A DNA stretch of 64,000 nt from Candidatus Zhuqueibacterota bacterium (GCA_029262005.1 JAJDAG010000150.1:20248-84247), one strand, 5' to 3'. Counted from the stretch's first letter, positions 1 through 9,782 are shown. Numbers and translations: made by a program. The notes: generated by a model not told the origin, from the sequence alone.

Positions 1-732
1 CACAAACTCGATACATATTTTTCCTGAAAAGCCGCGTTCAATAACGGCTGTTGTTAGTTTCGTATAATCAAGATCGGAATCCGCAAGCAGAGCATATTTC
101 CCATTTTTTTGACCTTGATAATGGATGTGGATGATGTTATCTGCGAGGCTTTGATAATCACTAATCGCCTTTTCAGTATTATCAAAATCCAGAGGCTGAA
201 AACATACTTTGAGATTTTCGGAGTTGATGGCAGCCATGGTTTTTTGGCAGGATTCCATGGTGTCGAAAAGTGTATTCTGATGCGTTTCACCGGCTATGGT
301 CAAATTGTATGAATCTGCTAATTCGAGAATCTTTAGCATGAATTCAACCGAGCGTTCATACTCGGAATCAGTAATTTGTTCCGAACCAACTGTGCCCACG
401 AAAGTCTTGAGAATATCTGTGCCAAGAAGTTTTGCATACTTCATCAGCCGCTCAATACTATCTAATTCCTGTTGTCGCCTCAAGTCCCTAAAATGAAGAG
501 CGGGATACATCCCAATTACCGGGAAAGACAAATTGTGAGCTTCTGCAATCCTATGATATTCTTTTATTTTGCTCTCAGTTACTCTTGAAATGTGGAATTG
601 CCACAATTCAATAAAATGAAAACCCGCGCCGGCAATGTGAGCGATTAATTGCCCGAGATTGAAATAAGCTATTTTGTCACTTGTCCATCGATTGGGTTCC
701 AATGCGATGGAATTAAGTAGTATTTGAATCAC
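1..732 (-). CDS. Sugar phosphate isomerase/epimerase-like TIM-barrel protein (xylose-isomerase-like fold); C-terminus cut by window edge
   Basis: Absent from ORF track because it runs off the window. My translation of the minus strand from GTG at 730-732 is open for 244 codons to nt 1: VIQILLNSIALEPNRWTSDK..GFHFIELWQFH..LKTFVG..LTIAGETHQNTLFDT..IIHIHYQGQ. Co-directional with and downstream of rhaBA. Confidence 0.6.
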   Translation of the reverse strand, partial: MIQILLNSIALEPNRWTSDKIAYFNLGQLIAHIAGAGFHFIELWQFHISRVTESKIKEYHRIAEAHNLSFPVIGMYPALHFRDLRRQQELDSIERLMKYAKLLGTDILKTFVGTVGSEQITDSEYERSVEFMLKILELADSYNLTIAGETHQNTLFDTMESCQKTMAAINSENLKVCFQPLDFDNTEKAISDYQSLADNIIHIHYQGQKNGKYALLADSDLDYTKLTTAVIERGFSGKICIEFV

Positions 733-806
733 TTTGAAACTCAGATCCTATATTAATGGACAAAGATCCAATCACATCAATCTTGGGGGTTAAACGAACG
801 CTTGTC

Positions 807-1577
807 TTACAGCCTTGGCACGGTAAGACCGCCATCTACCATAACTACCTGTCCGGTTGAATAGGGTAAAGCACCCCCTGCTAACATCGCCACGGTCTTG
901 CCCACATCTTCAGGCATACCCCATCGCGCTTGCAGCAATAACCCGGCTTCCACCAATTCATCATATTTTTGCACTACGGATTCCGTCATATCTGTTTTGA
1001 TTATGCCGGGACGAACTTCAAAAACCGGTATATCGAATTCTGCCATTCGAACCGCCCAAAGTTGACTCGCCATGCTTAAGCCTGCTTTTGAAATGCAATA
1101 ATCACCGCGGTTTGTAGATGCAACTGTGGAAGAAATCGATGTAACATTTATGATGCTGCCCTGAAAATCGGATGTTGCAGCTTTTTGCTCAATCATCCAA
1201 TTGGCAGCAAGTTGCGTAAGAAAATAGGGCCCTTGCAGGTTTATCTTCATTATTCTGTCAAAGCTTTCGATCGAGGCCTGCAATAAGTCTTCACGCACTT
1301 TTGGAGCAACCCCGGCATTATTTACCAGAACGTTGAGTTTTCCAAATGTTTTTCGAATCTCATTGATCAAAAACGCACGTGCCGCACCGTCGCTAATATC
1401 TGCCTGCCAGTAAAAAACCTCACCTCCCGGCTCACGAAGTTTGCTGAGAGAACTCTCGACAGCCTCCCGCTCGCGAACGCCACAAATAGCGAGATCATAT
1501 CCTTCTTGCGCCAGACATGTTGAAATATTAAACCCAATGCCACGCCCGCCTCCGGTAACCAGGGCAACTCTATTCAC
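807..1577 (-). CDS. Short-chain dehydrogenase/reductase (FabG-like SDR)
   Basis: 256-aa ORF, GTG start. Has TGGGRGIG cofactor motif, NNAG, and catalytic YCISK (YxxxK). Substrate unknown. Confidence 0.85.
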   Translation of the reverse strand: MNRVALVTGGGRGIGFNISTCLAQEGYDLAICGVREREAVESSLSKLREPGGEVFYWQADISDGAARAFLINEIRKTFGKLNVLVNNAGVAPKVREDLLQASIESFDRIMKINLQGPYFLTQLAANWMIEQKAATSDFQGSIINVTSISSTVASTNRGDYCISKAGLSMASQLWAVRMAEFDIPVFEVRPGIIKTDMTESVVQKYDELVEAGLLLQARWGMPEDVGKTVAMLAGGALPYSTGQVVMVDGGLTVPRL

Positions 1578-1688
1578 TTGATCCTCTCAAAAAATTTGGG
1601 GGTTGGCTTAATCATTTTAGTTCGTTAAGATAGACGGCAATGTTCAGACATGAGAAACTAAGTCTGCTTGACTACAATCCACTTTTCG

Positions 1689-3074
1689 CTAATCATTTTT
1701 GTGCCAAAACACAAGATACGGTTCGTTCCGGCTCATGCGCTGGACGTAAAGGGCCGCCTCGCGCATATGGTAATCGCCCCACATACTGGACTCTCCATTC
1801 GGTATTTTTTGTCCAGGTGCAACAGCATCCCAACCATTTGGCCGGTGATAAATTGAGTGTAAAATTAGCCCCTGGTGGGCATCATTCTCAGACAAATAAG
1901 GCTTATCGAGCAATGAATTCAGTACAGTCAATCCGGCCTGCCGGTAACGCTCTCCTTCTTTCGATTTTCCTTTTATACCTAAATAATGCCCCAACCGCAA
2001 CAAACCCTGAGCGCCGATGGCGGCGGCTGAACTGTCCACCGGTTCATAATCATTATCAGGATCTGATGGACGATCAAGGTACGCGCCCAGCTTATATAGA
2101 AATGGCGCGCCGGTATCCCAGTACGGAATTCCATCAGTAGGCGTCTGGTCGATATAGAAATCACAGCTTGCTTGTGCAGCTTTGAGCATCAAAGATTCAA
2201 GGAGCGCCTTTCCGCCAAAAGGTGTCAACTCTTCTGCTTGAAGTGTATCCAAAAACTCAAGCTGTTCGGCATATCCACACATAACCCAGGCCAACCCCCT
2301 TGTCCATGTGGAAAAAGGCGAATATCCCTGCTGGGAATTTGGGCAGCGGTACCGGCCATCATTTACATTAAAAATACTTTCATGCGCAACCCGACCCCAC
2401 GCGTCATAAGCATCGCGGCCTTCACCGTAATAGATCGCGTATTTTGCAGTTGTTTTAGCGTGGCGAATCAGCCGATCCAGCAAACTGACTTTATTATCAT
2501 TGTCCTCGAGCAGAGCATGTCCTAAATTGTACCCGATAGCCAGGATTCGCAAGGACCGGATCGTATCGGCAAATAAAGAATGCGGCCCATTAAATGAATA
2601 AATGAAGCCACCTCCGTCACTCGTGTTTGTCCACCGTTTTGCCTGCACCGCAGCCGAGCATTTCAATGCGACTTTATAAAAATCACACTCCCACTCATCC
2701 TGTTCAATTCTACCTTCTTTCATCAGTCTGAGAAGATTTCCATAAGTGCTGACGTTGTTAAAACCGTGATCGTGTACACCAAAATGAGTCAGATGCGGCG
2801 CCATGTGCTGCACGGTATTTTGACGGCCAATCTTCAGGAAGGCAGCATCACCAGTCGCATCATATTGGAGAATGGCAGAACCCCATTGAAACCCCTGGGT
2901 CCACTCTGTCCATCCGCGCGTCGTGTATTTCCCATCTATTGTAAAAACAGGCGCGCCCTTTGCAGGATCATATTCCCTCTCAATGCTCAGGATCTTTTTT
3001 CCAGACAACTCCCAAAAATTTTGAATTTTTTGCTCAAGATGAGCAGGTTCAATTTTGTGATCGATATTTAGCAT
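1689..3074 (-). CDS. GH88/GH105-like unsaturated uronyl (glucuronyl/rhamnogalacturonyl) hydrolase, cytoplasmic
   Basis: 461-aa ORF with no signal peptide. Motifs typical of the (alpha/alpha)6 unsaturated uronyl hydrolases are recognised from memory (HDHGFNN, WTRGLAW, C-terminal SSMWGDYHMREAAL). Subfamily not resolved. Confidence 0.6.
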   Translation of the reverse strand: MLNIDHKIEPAHLEQKIQNFWELSGKKILSIEREYDPAKGAPVFTIDGKYTTRGWTEWTQGFQWGSAILQYDATGDAAFLKIGRQNTVQHMAPHLTHFGVHDHGFNNVSTYGNLLRLMKEGRIEQDEWECDFYKVALKCSAAVQAKRWTNTSDGGGFIYSFNGPHSLFADTIRSLRILAIGYNLGHALLEDNDNKVSLLDRLIRHAKTTAKYAIYYGEGRDAYDAWGRVAHESIFNVNDGRYRCPNSQQGYSPFSTWTRGLAWVMCGYAEQLEFLDTLQAEELTPFGGKALLESLMLKAAQASCDFYIDQTPTDGIPYWDTGAPFLYKLGAYLDRPSDPDNDYEPVDSSAAAIGAQGLLRLGHYLGIKGKSKEGERYRQAGLTVLNSLLDKPYLSENDAHQGLILHSIYHRPNGWDAVAPGQKIPNGESSMWGDYHMREAALYVQRMSRNEPYLVFWHKND

Positions 3075-3125
3075 TTAAGTTCGCTTGGTTAATTCAAAAT
3101 TTTCATCAATTTGTTGAGAACCGGC

Positions 3126-4397
3126 TTAAACTCTTTTGCCGGTAACGTTTATTTCATATTCCTGAATTTCCTTTAACCAGGATGCTCCAATGGGAACATC
3201 GGATTGCACGCAATAATAATCCCAAACAGCACCGAATGGCATGTTTTTCAGGCTGTCCAACATAGCGAGCCGGGCGAAATTGTTGCCCTCAGCTTCGTAA
3301 GTTCTCAGTTTATCACTGGGTTCCAAAAGTGCAATCAGCAACCCTTTTAATGTTGCGCGTGTGCCGATGGTCCAGGCGCCGACCCGATTCATGCTGGCAT
3401 CGAAGAAATCAAGCGCGATGTTTATATGTTCCAGTTTATTACTCCGGACAATTTCCTCGGTAACAGCGCGAATATCATCGTTTAGAATAACGACGTGATC
3501 GCTGTCCCAACGAACCGGGCGACTGACATGCAGCAGAATTTCATCGCAAAATTGCATCGTTGCAGAGATTTTGTCTGCGACAGATTCCGTTGGATGAAAG
3601 TGGCCCAAATCGAAACACGGGACAATGCCTTTCGTCAAGGCATAGGCCAGATAGAATTCATGAGAGCCGACCACATAAGCTTCGCTACCAATGCCAAAAA
3701 GCTTGCTTTCAACCGCGTCCTTCATTTCAGAAGACGGTAATATATCGGAGAGAATTTCATCTAACGATGCTTTCAAAAGCGCTCTGGGCGTCCACCGGTC
3801 AATAGGTGTGTCTTTGTCGCCATCCGGAATCCAGAGATTGTGAATACAGGGGCTAGCCTGCTCTCTACCAAAAAATGCGCTAACCTGCCGGCACAACTTA
3901 ACATGCTCAATCCAAAATTGCCGAATCCCCTTGTCTCTATTACTTAACGTAAAACCGGAATCGGCTTTCGGATGAGAAAAACAGGTTGCGTTGAAATCCA
4001 GTTTGACCCTTTGCTCCTTTGCCCAATCGACCCAGCCCCGGTAGTGCTCAGGGCCAATCTCATTTCGATCAACCAGCTTGCCGCCAAATTCTCCATACAT
4101 GGCATGCAGGTTTAAGCGATGGCTTCCCGGTATCAAGGAATAAGCTTTTTCCAAATCCTGACGCAATTCCCGAACGGTTCTCGCTTTTCCCGGATGATTA
4201 CCAGTTACCTGGATTCCACCGCCCGACAGTTCGGAATCCGGTTTCTCAAATCCGCCGACATCGTCACCCTGCCAGCAGTGCAACGAAATGGCAATATCTT
4301 TCAATCGAACCATTGCAGACTCAGTGTCGACGCCCAATTCAGCATAGGATTCTTTGGCAATTTCGTAAGCCTTTTCAATACGATCTTTTGCAGCCAT
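3126..4397 (-). CDS. rhaA: L-rhamnose isomerase
   Basis: 423-aa ORF, similar in length and sequence to E. coli RhaA (about 419 aa): ISLHCWQGDDVGGFE, HLNLHAMY, DLGHFHPTE, VRWDSDHVV. Confidence 0.9.
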   Translation of the reverse strand: MAAKDRIEKAYEIAKESYAELGVDTESAMVRLKDIAISLHCWQGDDVGGFEKPDSELSGGGIQVTGNHPGKARTVRELRQDLEKAYSLIPGSHRLNLHAMYGEFGGKLVDRNEIGPEHYRGWVDWAKEQRVKLDFNATCFSHPKADSGFTLSNRDKGIRQFWIEHVKLCRQVSAFFGREQASPCIHNLWIPDGDKDTPIDRWTPRALLKASLDEILSDILPSSEMKDAVESKLFGIGSEAYVVGSHEFYLAYALTKGIVPCFDLGHFHPTESVADKISATMQFCDEILLHVSRPVRWDSDHVVILNDDIRAVTEEIVRSNKLEHINIALDFFDASMNRVGAWTIGTRATLKGLLIALLEPSDKLRTYEAEGNNFARLAMLDSLKNMPFGAVWDYYCVQSDVPIGASWLKEIQEYEINVTGKRV

Positions 4398-4429
4398 GAC
4401 AGATCCTTAAGTTTCAATTCTTATTAATT

Positions 4430-5893
4430 TTACTGTTCCAACATATTCTTGAAACGGTCGTATGCCTGTTCCCAGGTCGGCACATCCCTTGGTTCATAAT
4501 TTACAGTGGCAAAAGAATTGCGAATAATAGAGCGACCGTCTGCAATCGAACTTACATGCCCCAGCCCGAGAGCTTGTACCATGATATTTCCGATGGCAGT
4601 TGCCTCAATTGGTCCGGTTATAACAGCAAGCCCGGTGGCATTTGCCGTAAATTGGCAAAGCAATTCATTTTTTGCACCGCCGCCAATGACATGGATTGTC
4701 TTTATCGTATGTGGATACATCTGCTGCAACTGCTCAAGTACAAAACGATATTTCAAGGCGAGGCATTCTAAGACACAGCGTACAATATCGTCGGCGGAAT
4801 CCGGTACGTTTTGTCCCGTCTTCCTGCAGAATGCCCGGATTGCATCCGGCATGTCCGGCGGATTCAGAAACGACGGGTCATCCGGATCAATCATATATTT
4901 AAAAGGCGTAGCAATCGCTACTCTTTCTGTTAACTCAGCATAAGTGATGGCTTGAGCCCTATCCCAGGATTTTTTGCACTGCTGAACAATCCACAATCCC
5001 ATAACGTTCTTCAGAAGCCGGAAAGTACCTTCCACACCGCCTTCGTTTGTAAAATTAAAATCAAAAGCCTGTTCAGTGAGAATGGGATTCGCCATCTCGA
5101 CACCCAGAAGCGACCATGTCCCCGAGCTTAAATAAGCCCATTCCTTTCCTTCCGCTGGAACAGCTGCAACGGCAGAACCGGTGTCATGACTGGCGCAGGC
5201 GATAACCGGAACTGGTTCCAGCCCGGTTTCTGCCATCACAGTCTGATGCAACTTGCCGATGGTTGTTCCCGGCGACACTATTTCCTGCAGTTTGGTTTTG
5301 GGTATCGCGAGCATCTCGAGAATCTCATCATCCCAGTCGGCTTTGGCAGGATTGTAAATTTGACTTGTAGTCGCGAAGGTGAATTCTGTCTTCATTTTTC
5401 CCGTCAGAAGATAGTTGAAAACATCCGGCATAAAAAGAATATCACTCGCTGCTTGCAAAAGAGGAGACCGCACTCTTGACATCGCAAAAATTTGGTAAAT
5501 CGAATTGAAAGGTAACATCTGGATACCGGTCAATTCATAAATACGCTTTGCCGGGATAAGCTTATAGAACTCTTCCATCATACCGTCAGTGCGTGAATCG
5601 CGATAAGCAAAAGGCAAGCCGAGAAAACTCCCGTCTTCCGCAAGCAGGGCAAAATCAACACCCCAGGTATCTACAGAGATACCAGCCAATTCATCCGCAC
5701 AGCTTAACAGGCCCTTTTTCATCTCTTCAAACAGACGAAAGATATTCCAATGCAAACGCCCAAGAATATTGACCATGCCATTTGGGAAACGGTTCAATTC
5801 TTTGATCGTAAGATTGCCATTCTGCAGCGTACCAAGAATAGTCCGGCCACTTTCCGCACCTAAATCGAAAGCAATATAGTTTGATTTTGGCAT
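4430..5893 (-). CDS. rhaB: Rhamnulokinase (FGGY family)
   Basis: ORF 4430..5968. I place the start at the internal ATG (5893, MPKSNYIAFDLGAESGR) because FGGY kinases begin just before the xxDLGxxSGR phosphate-1 motif. It aligns along its length with E. coli RhaB as I remember it (DTWGVDF, AYRDSRT, ASHDTGSAV, LSSGTWSL, TNEGG, HVIGGG). Confidence 0.9.
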   Translation of the reverse strand: MPKSNYIAFDLGAESGRTILGTLQNGNLTIKELNRFPNGMVNILGRLHWNIFRLFEEMKKGLLSCADELAGISVDTWGVDFALLAEDGSFLGLPFAYRDSRTDGMMEEFYKLIPAKRIYELTGIQMLPFNSIYQIFAMSRVRSPLLQAASDILFMPDVFNYLLTGKMKTEFTFATTSQIYNPAKADWDDEILEMLAIPKTKLQEIVSPGTTIGKLHQTVMAETGLEPVPVIACASHDTGSAVAAVPAEGKEWAYLSSGTWSLLGVEMANPILTEQAFDFNFTNEGGVEGTFRLLKNVMGLWIVQQCKKSWDRAQAITYAELTERVAIATPFKYMIDPDDPSFLNPPDMPDAIRAFCRKTGQNVPDSADDIVRCVLECLALKYRFVLEQLQQMYPHTIKTIHVIGGGAKNELLCQFTANATGLAVITGPIEATAIGNIMVQALGLGHVSSIADGRSIIRNSFATVNYEPRDVPTWEQAYDRFKNMLEQ

Positions 5894-6165
5894 CAGATTA
5901 TCATCGCATTGTTGAGAATTGTGATTTTTTTGTTCAAGCCGGTGAAATCCAGGTAAAATGTACAACACAACTTCGTGTTACTTTGGCATGTTAAGAGTGG
6001 AAAATTCAGGGCCCCAGGCGTTCTTTACAGTTTTGTTAAAATAATGAACAAGCTTCTCTAAGTCAACACTAAAGGTCATGATTGATTAAGAAGCGCAAGG
6101 CTTTTATTCCCAGGCGATGAGCAGTCGGTTTTATTTTCCTCTTTCCCTTGTCATTTTGCTTGCTT

Positions 6166-6196
6166 TTGATTGTTTTTGTCGTTTTTTTTTTATACT
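6166..6196 (+). promoter_or_regulatory. Possible sigma70-like promoter for the BMC operon (-35 TTGATT, -10 TATACT)
   Basis: TTGATT at 6166-6171 and TATACT at 6191-6196 (19-nt spacer, T-rich), about 140 nt upstream of the first BMC-P ATG. By eye only, and host promoter rules are unknown. Confidence 0.2.
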
Positions 6197-6334
6197 TTTG
6201 CATCCAAGTTAACGGACGGACAGGATGTCTTCATTGTGGCGGACAGCGGCAAGTCTGGCAGACTGGTTTAGCGACCATCCAATACCGAAATGTAAACGTC
6301 CGAAGAGCAATTTAACTCAACTGAAATCCTCTTT

Positions 6335-6622
6335 ATGGAATTGGCGCGTGTTGAAGGCACAATAGTGTCAACAGTAAAGGCCGAAAAGCTGAAAGGTCAT
6401 AAGCTTCTTTTAGTTAATATGTTAGGCCCAGATACCAGCCCAACCGACAATCACGTAGTCGCTATAGATTCGGTGGGTGCGGGTGAAGGCGAGGTGGTGA
6501 TTATAGTGAGAGGCAGTTCCGCGAGGCAAACATCCGGTCTTGCTAATGTACCAACTGATACGAGCATTGTGGCAATTGTCGATTCGATTGAATTTAAAGG
6601 TAACATTGTTTTTCGCAAATGA
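6335..6622 (+). CDS. BMC-P pentameric vertex protein (EutN/CcmL family), paralog 1
   Basis: 95 aa: MELARVEGTIVSTVK..KLLLV..VAIDSVGAGEGEVVIIVRGSSAR..DTSIVAIVDSIE. This is the canonical EutN/CcmL pattern. Confidence 0.9.
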   Translation: MELARVEGTIVSTVKAEKLKGHKLLLVNMLGPDTSPTDNHVVAIDSVGAGEGEVVIIVRGSSARQTSGLANVPTDTSIVAIVDSIEFKGNIVFRK

Positions 6623-6646
6623 GAACGGTTTCCGGGGCAGAAAAGT

Positions 6647-6910
6647 ATGAAGTTAGGACGGGTTCTGGGAAAAGTGTGGGCGACGATAAAGGATCCAAAA
6701 CTTAAAGGTGTGAAACTGTATATCATGCAACCGGTGGATGAATATGAAAACCCGCTAGGTAAAGCTATAATCGCGGCAGACGCCATCAGTTCGCGTGAAG
6801 GCGATCTGGTCTTTTGGGTCAGTGGGCCGGAAGCAACGTTGGCCTTTGATGACACACAGATACCTTCGGATGCCAGCATTGTCGGCCTGGTCGACCGTCT
6901 TGACACATAA
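6647..6910 (+). CDS. BMC-P pentameric vertex protein (EutN/CcmL family), paralog 2
   Basis: 87 aa: MKLGRVLGKVWATIKDPKLKGVKLYIMQP..IAADAISSREGDLVFWVSG..DASIVGLVDRL. Confidence 0.9.
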   Translation: MKLGRVLGKVWATIKDPKLKGVKLYIMQPVDEYENPLGKAIIAADAISSREGDLVFWVSGPEATLAFDDTQIPSDASIVGLVDRLDT

Positions 6911-6925
6911 AATCCAAAACCGCAA

Positions 6926-7213
6926 ATGATTCTCTGCAAGGTCATCGGCTCAATCGTTTCTACAATCAAACATGACTGCTACAAAAGCACGAAGCTTATG
7001 CTGGTTCGCCCGATTTCGCCAAAGGAGGAAATCAGAAAAGGTACAATCGTAGCTGTCGATACAGTAGGCGCCGGCAAAGGCGAGATCGTGCTGGTCGCTT
7101 CGGAAGGGCGATCGGCTTCCGAGCTCCTGGAATTTAAGTGTCGCATGCCAATGCGCAGCGTAATTATCGGAATCGTTGACACAATTAGCCTAAAATCCGG
7201 TTCAGCCGCTTGA
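6926..7213 (+). CDS. BMC-P pentameric vertex protein (EutN/CcmL family), paralog 3
   Basis: 95 aa: MILCKVIGSIVSTIK..KLMLVRP..VAVDTVGAGKGEIVLVASEGRSA..VIIGIVDTI. Confidence 0.9.
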   Translation: MILCKVIGSIVSTIKHDCYKSTKLMLVRPISPKEEIRKGTIVAVDTVGAGKGEIVLVASEGRSASELLEFKCRMPMRSVIIGIVDTISLKSGSAA

Positions 7214-7260
7214 CAAGACCCCGGGAAATGAATAGAAACACGAATTAACTCAAGAACAAT

Positions 7261-7986
7261 ATGATACATTCAGGAGATTCATCAGATAGCCAGTGCGGTT
7301 GCGACAATCATCAGGCCCATACGCCTATTACAAGTGACTTGTCTCGACAAACTGTAGAAGAGGTCGTGCGTCGAATTGTCAATGGTGTACTCCTGGCCGA
7401 TGAGAGCATGACCGTGCCGATTGAGGTTTCTGCGCGCCATCTGCATATCACCAATGACGACCTGCAAAAACTTTTTGGACCTGGATATCAGTTAAGCAAA
7501 CTTCGCGATTTGAACCAGCCCGGCGAATTTGCCGCAAAGGAAACCGTCAGTGTCGTCGGTCCAAAACGGCGAATGCTCGAAAACGTGCGTATACTGGGGC
7601 CGACCCGATCCATCACCCAGGTTGAGTTGTCGCACACTGACGGCATCTATCTTGGGATTGATCTGCCGCATCGATTGTCTGGCGATATCAAAAACTCAGC
7701 GCCGATTCTTCTGGTTGGGCCACATGGTTCCCTGCAACTAAAAGAGGGTGCCATCCGAGCCATGCGGCATATTCATATCAGCCCGGAGCAGGCGCGCCTC
7801 CGGGGCCTAAAGAAGGATGAGAAAGTAAGCATTCAGACTCGTGGCCCGATGCAGGTCACATTTGACAACGTGATCATTCGAACGGCCGAAAACTTGAACC
7901 TGGCAATGCACATTGACACAGATGAAGCCAATGCCGCCGGCATCCAAACCGGTCAAGTTGGGGTCATTATCAAAGACCCACAATAA
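7261..7986 (+). CDS. pduL: Phosphate propanoyl/acyl-transferase PduL with N-terminal extension
   Basis: 241 aa with duplicated PduL motifs (VPIEVSARHLHI.. and AIRAMRHIHISPEQA..). These are preceded by an extension of about 55 aa containing the amphipathic stretch QTVEEVVRRIVNGVLLA. Confidence 0.9.
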   Translation: MIHSGDSSDSQCGCDNHQAHTPITSDLSRQTVEEVVRRIVNGVLLADESMTVPIEVSARHLHITNDDLQKLFGPGYQLSKLRDLNQPGEFAAKETVSVVGPKRRMLENVRILGPTRSITQVELSHTDGIYLGIDLPHRLSGDIKNSAPILLVGPHGSLQLKEGAIRAMRHIHISPEQARLRGLKKDEKVSIQTRGPMQVTFDNVIIRTAENLNLAMHIDTDEANAAGIQTGQVGVIIKDPQ

Positions 7987-8004
7987 CTGCACCCAGGAGA
8001 ACAA

Positions 8005-9435
8005 ATGCCACAGGTAGACGAATCTCTCATCAAAAACATAATCAGTCAGGTTGTAAGAGAACTAGATAGAACGAATGTCACGCACGAGCCGGACACACAA
8101 TCTACCCTGGCGCCAGCCGGTGTATTTGATGATGTAAACGCAGCGATTGAAGCCGCCGAAAAAGCTCAGCAAGTCTGGGTGAAGACAGCGAAATCAACAA
8201 AAGCCAGAGTTATTGCCGCTTTGAGGCAAGCCATGCACGAAAATACGGACGAGTTTGCCCGTCGTGCGCTAAAAGAAACCGGTATGGGGCGGTTGGAGGA
8301 CAAGATAGCCAAGCACCACAATGCCGCTGATGCAACGCCGGGGCTCGAAGATCTTGAAACACGCTCCTGGATGGGTGACCGCGGTACGGTCATAGAACAG
8401 CTTGCCCCATACGGTGTGATTGCAGGCATCACGCCATCCACTCACCCCATTCCCGTGCTGCTAAACAGCATTATTATCATGATCGCGCTCGGGAATGCCG
8501 TGGTATTCAGTGTCCACCCTTCAGCCAAGAATGTTTCAGCCTACGCCATTGAGATTTTCAACAAAACCATCGTTGACAATGGCGGTCCGGCGAATCTGGT
8601 CTCGATTATCCGCGAGCCGACCATGGAGAATGTGGACACATTATTTCATCATCCAAAAATTCCCATAATTGCTGCCACAGGGGGACCGGCGTTGGTCAAA
8701 GCGGCATTTGCCGTGGGAAAAAAGGTCGTTGCGGCTGGCCCGGGAAACCCGCCGGTTCTTGTAGATGCCAGCGCCTGCCTGCAATCGGCGGCAAAGCATA
8801 TTATCGATGGCGCCTCCTTTGACAACAACATACTCTGTATAGCAGAAAAAGAAACTTTTGTTGTGGACGCGGTCTTTGATGATTTCATGAAAGCCATGGC
8901 AGCGCAGGGCGCTGTGCGGTTGGATGCGGCCCAAATCCAGACACTCACTGAGAAGGCACTCCGAAAAGACGATAAAGGTACGATTTTTGGCCGAATCGAG
9001 TACATCGGAAAGAATGCCAATGTTTTAGCTGGAGCCTGTGGCCTGAACATCACGGATGACGTACGCCTCCTGTTTGGAGAGGTAGACGTCGATCATCCTT
9101 TTGTGATCGCAGAGCAGATGATGCCCTTTATGCCTGTGGCACGGGTCAGCTCTGTGGCGGAAGGCATAATGCAGTGCGTCAAGGCTGAACACGGCTTCGG
9201 ACACACGGCCATGATTCATTCGAATAATTTTGACAACATCACAGCTTTCACCAATGCTATCGATACTGACATTGTGGTTGTAAATGGTCCCTGCACCGCC
9301 GGCAATGGCCCCAATGTCGGTGAAGGTTATTTTTCCCACACCATCGCCAGCCCCACCGGCGAAGGTGTTTGCACGCCACGTGATTTCGCAAGGGTCAGGC
9401 GTCTGGCAGTGTATAAAGGACTACAAATCGTCTAG
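8005..9435 (+). CDS. CoA-acylating aldehyde dehydrogenase (PduP/EutE-like) with N-terminal targeting helix
   Basis: 476 aa. Catalytic Cys context is DNNILCIAEKE. The N-terminus ESLIKNIISQVVRELDR precedes the ALDH fold. Located inside the BMC operon. Confidence 0.9.
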   Translation: MPQVDESLIKNIISQVVRELDRTNVTHEPDTQSTLAPAGVFDDVNAAIEAAEKAQQVWVKTAKSTKARVIAALRQAMHENTDEFARRALKETGMGRLEDKIAKHHNAADATPGLEDLETRSWMGDRGTVIEQLAPYGVIAGITPSTHPIPVLLNSIIIMIALGNAVVFSVHPSAKNVSAYAIEIFNKTIVDNGGPANLVSIIREPTMENVDTLFHHPKIPIIAATGGPALVKAAFAVGKKVVAAGPGNPPVLVDASACLQSAAKHIIDGASFDNNILCIAEKETFVVDAVFDDFMKAMAAQGAVRLDAAQIQTLTEKALRKDDKGTIFGRIEYIGKNANVLAGACGLNITDDVRLLFGEVDVDHPFVIAEQMMPFMPVARVSSVAEGIMQCVKAEHGFGHTAMIHSNNFDNITAFTNAIDTDIVVVNGPCTAGNGPNVGEGYFSHTIASPTGEGVCTPRDFARVRRLAVYKGLQIV

Positions 9436-9482
9436 CTGATAATGAAATTAAAACGAAAAACTAAACTAAGGAGACACCGGGG

Positions 9483-9782
9483 ATGGCACTCGAAGCACTA
9501 GGTATGATCGAAACGAGAGGACTCGTAGGCGCAGTCGAGGCTGCCGATACGATGGTTAAGGCGGCAAATGTGCATTTAATTGGCAAATCTCAAATTGGCG
9601 GTGGTTTGGTAACCGTCATGGTGCGCGGGGACGTCGGGGCCGTAAAAGCAGCCACGGACGCAGGTGCTGCCGCGGCGGAAAAAGTCGGCGAATTGATATC
9701 CGTACATGTTATACCAAGACCACACAATGATGTCGAAATGATTTTACCAACTGCAACTCAGGGCAGTGGGACGAAAAAGTAA
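9483..9782 (+). CDS. BMC-H hexameric shell protein (PduA/EutM-like, Pfam BMC domain)
   Basis: 99 aa: [61 protein letters not shown]. Textbook BMC-H. Confidence 0.95.
   Translation: MALEALGMIETRGLVGAVEAADTMVKAANVHLIGKSQIGGGLVTVMVRGDVGAVKAATDAGAAAAEKVGELISVHVIPRPHNDVEMILPTATQGSGTKK

Noticed and set aside
5894-5968. 25-codon N-terminal extension of rhaB given by the ORF track (MLYILPGFHRLEQKNHNSQQCDDNL)
   Set aside because: FGGY kinases start immediately before the DLGxxSGR motif, and the extension has no counterpart in RhaB. I used the internal ATG at 5893.
6451-6969. 172-aa minus-strand ORF spanning the BMC-P genes
   Set aside because: It is antisense to three strongly supported EutN/CcmL genes. 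The sequence is low-complexity Ser/Thr/Pro-rich with no motifs. This is a shadow ORF.
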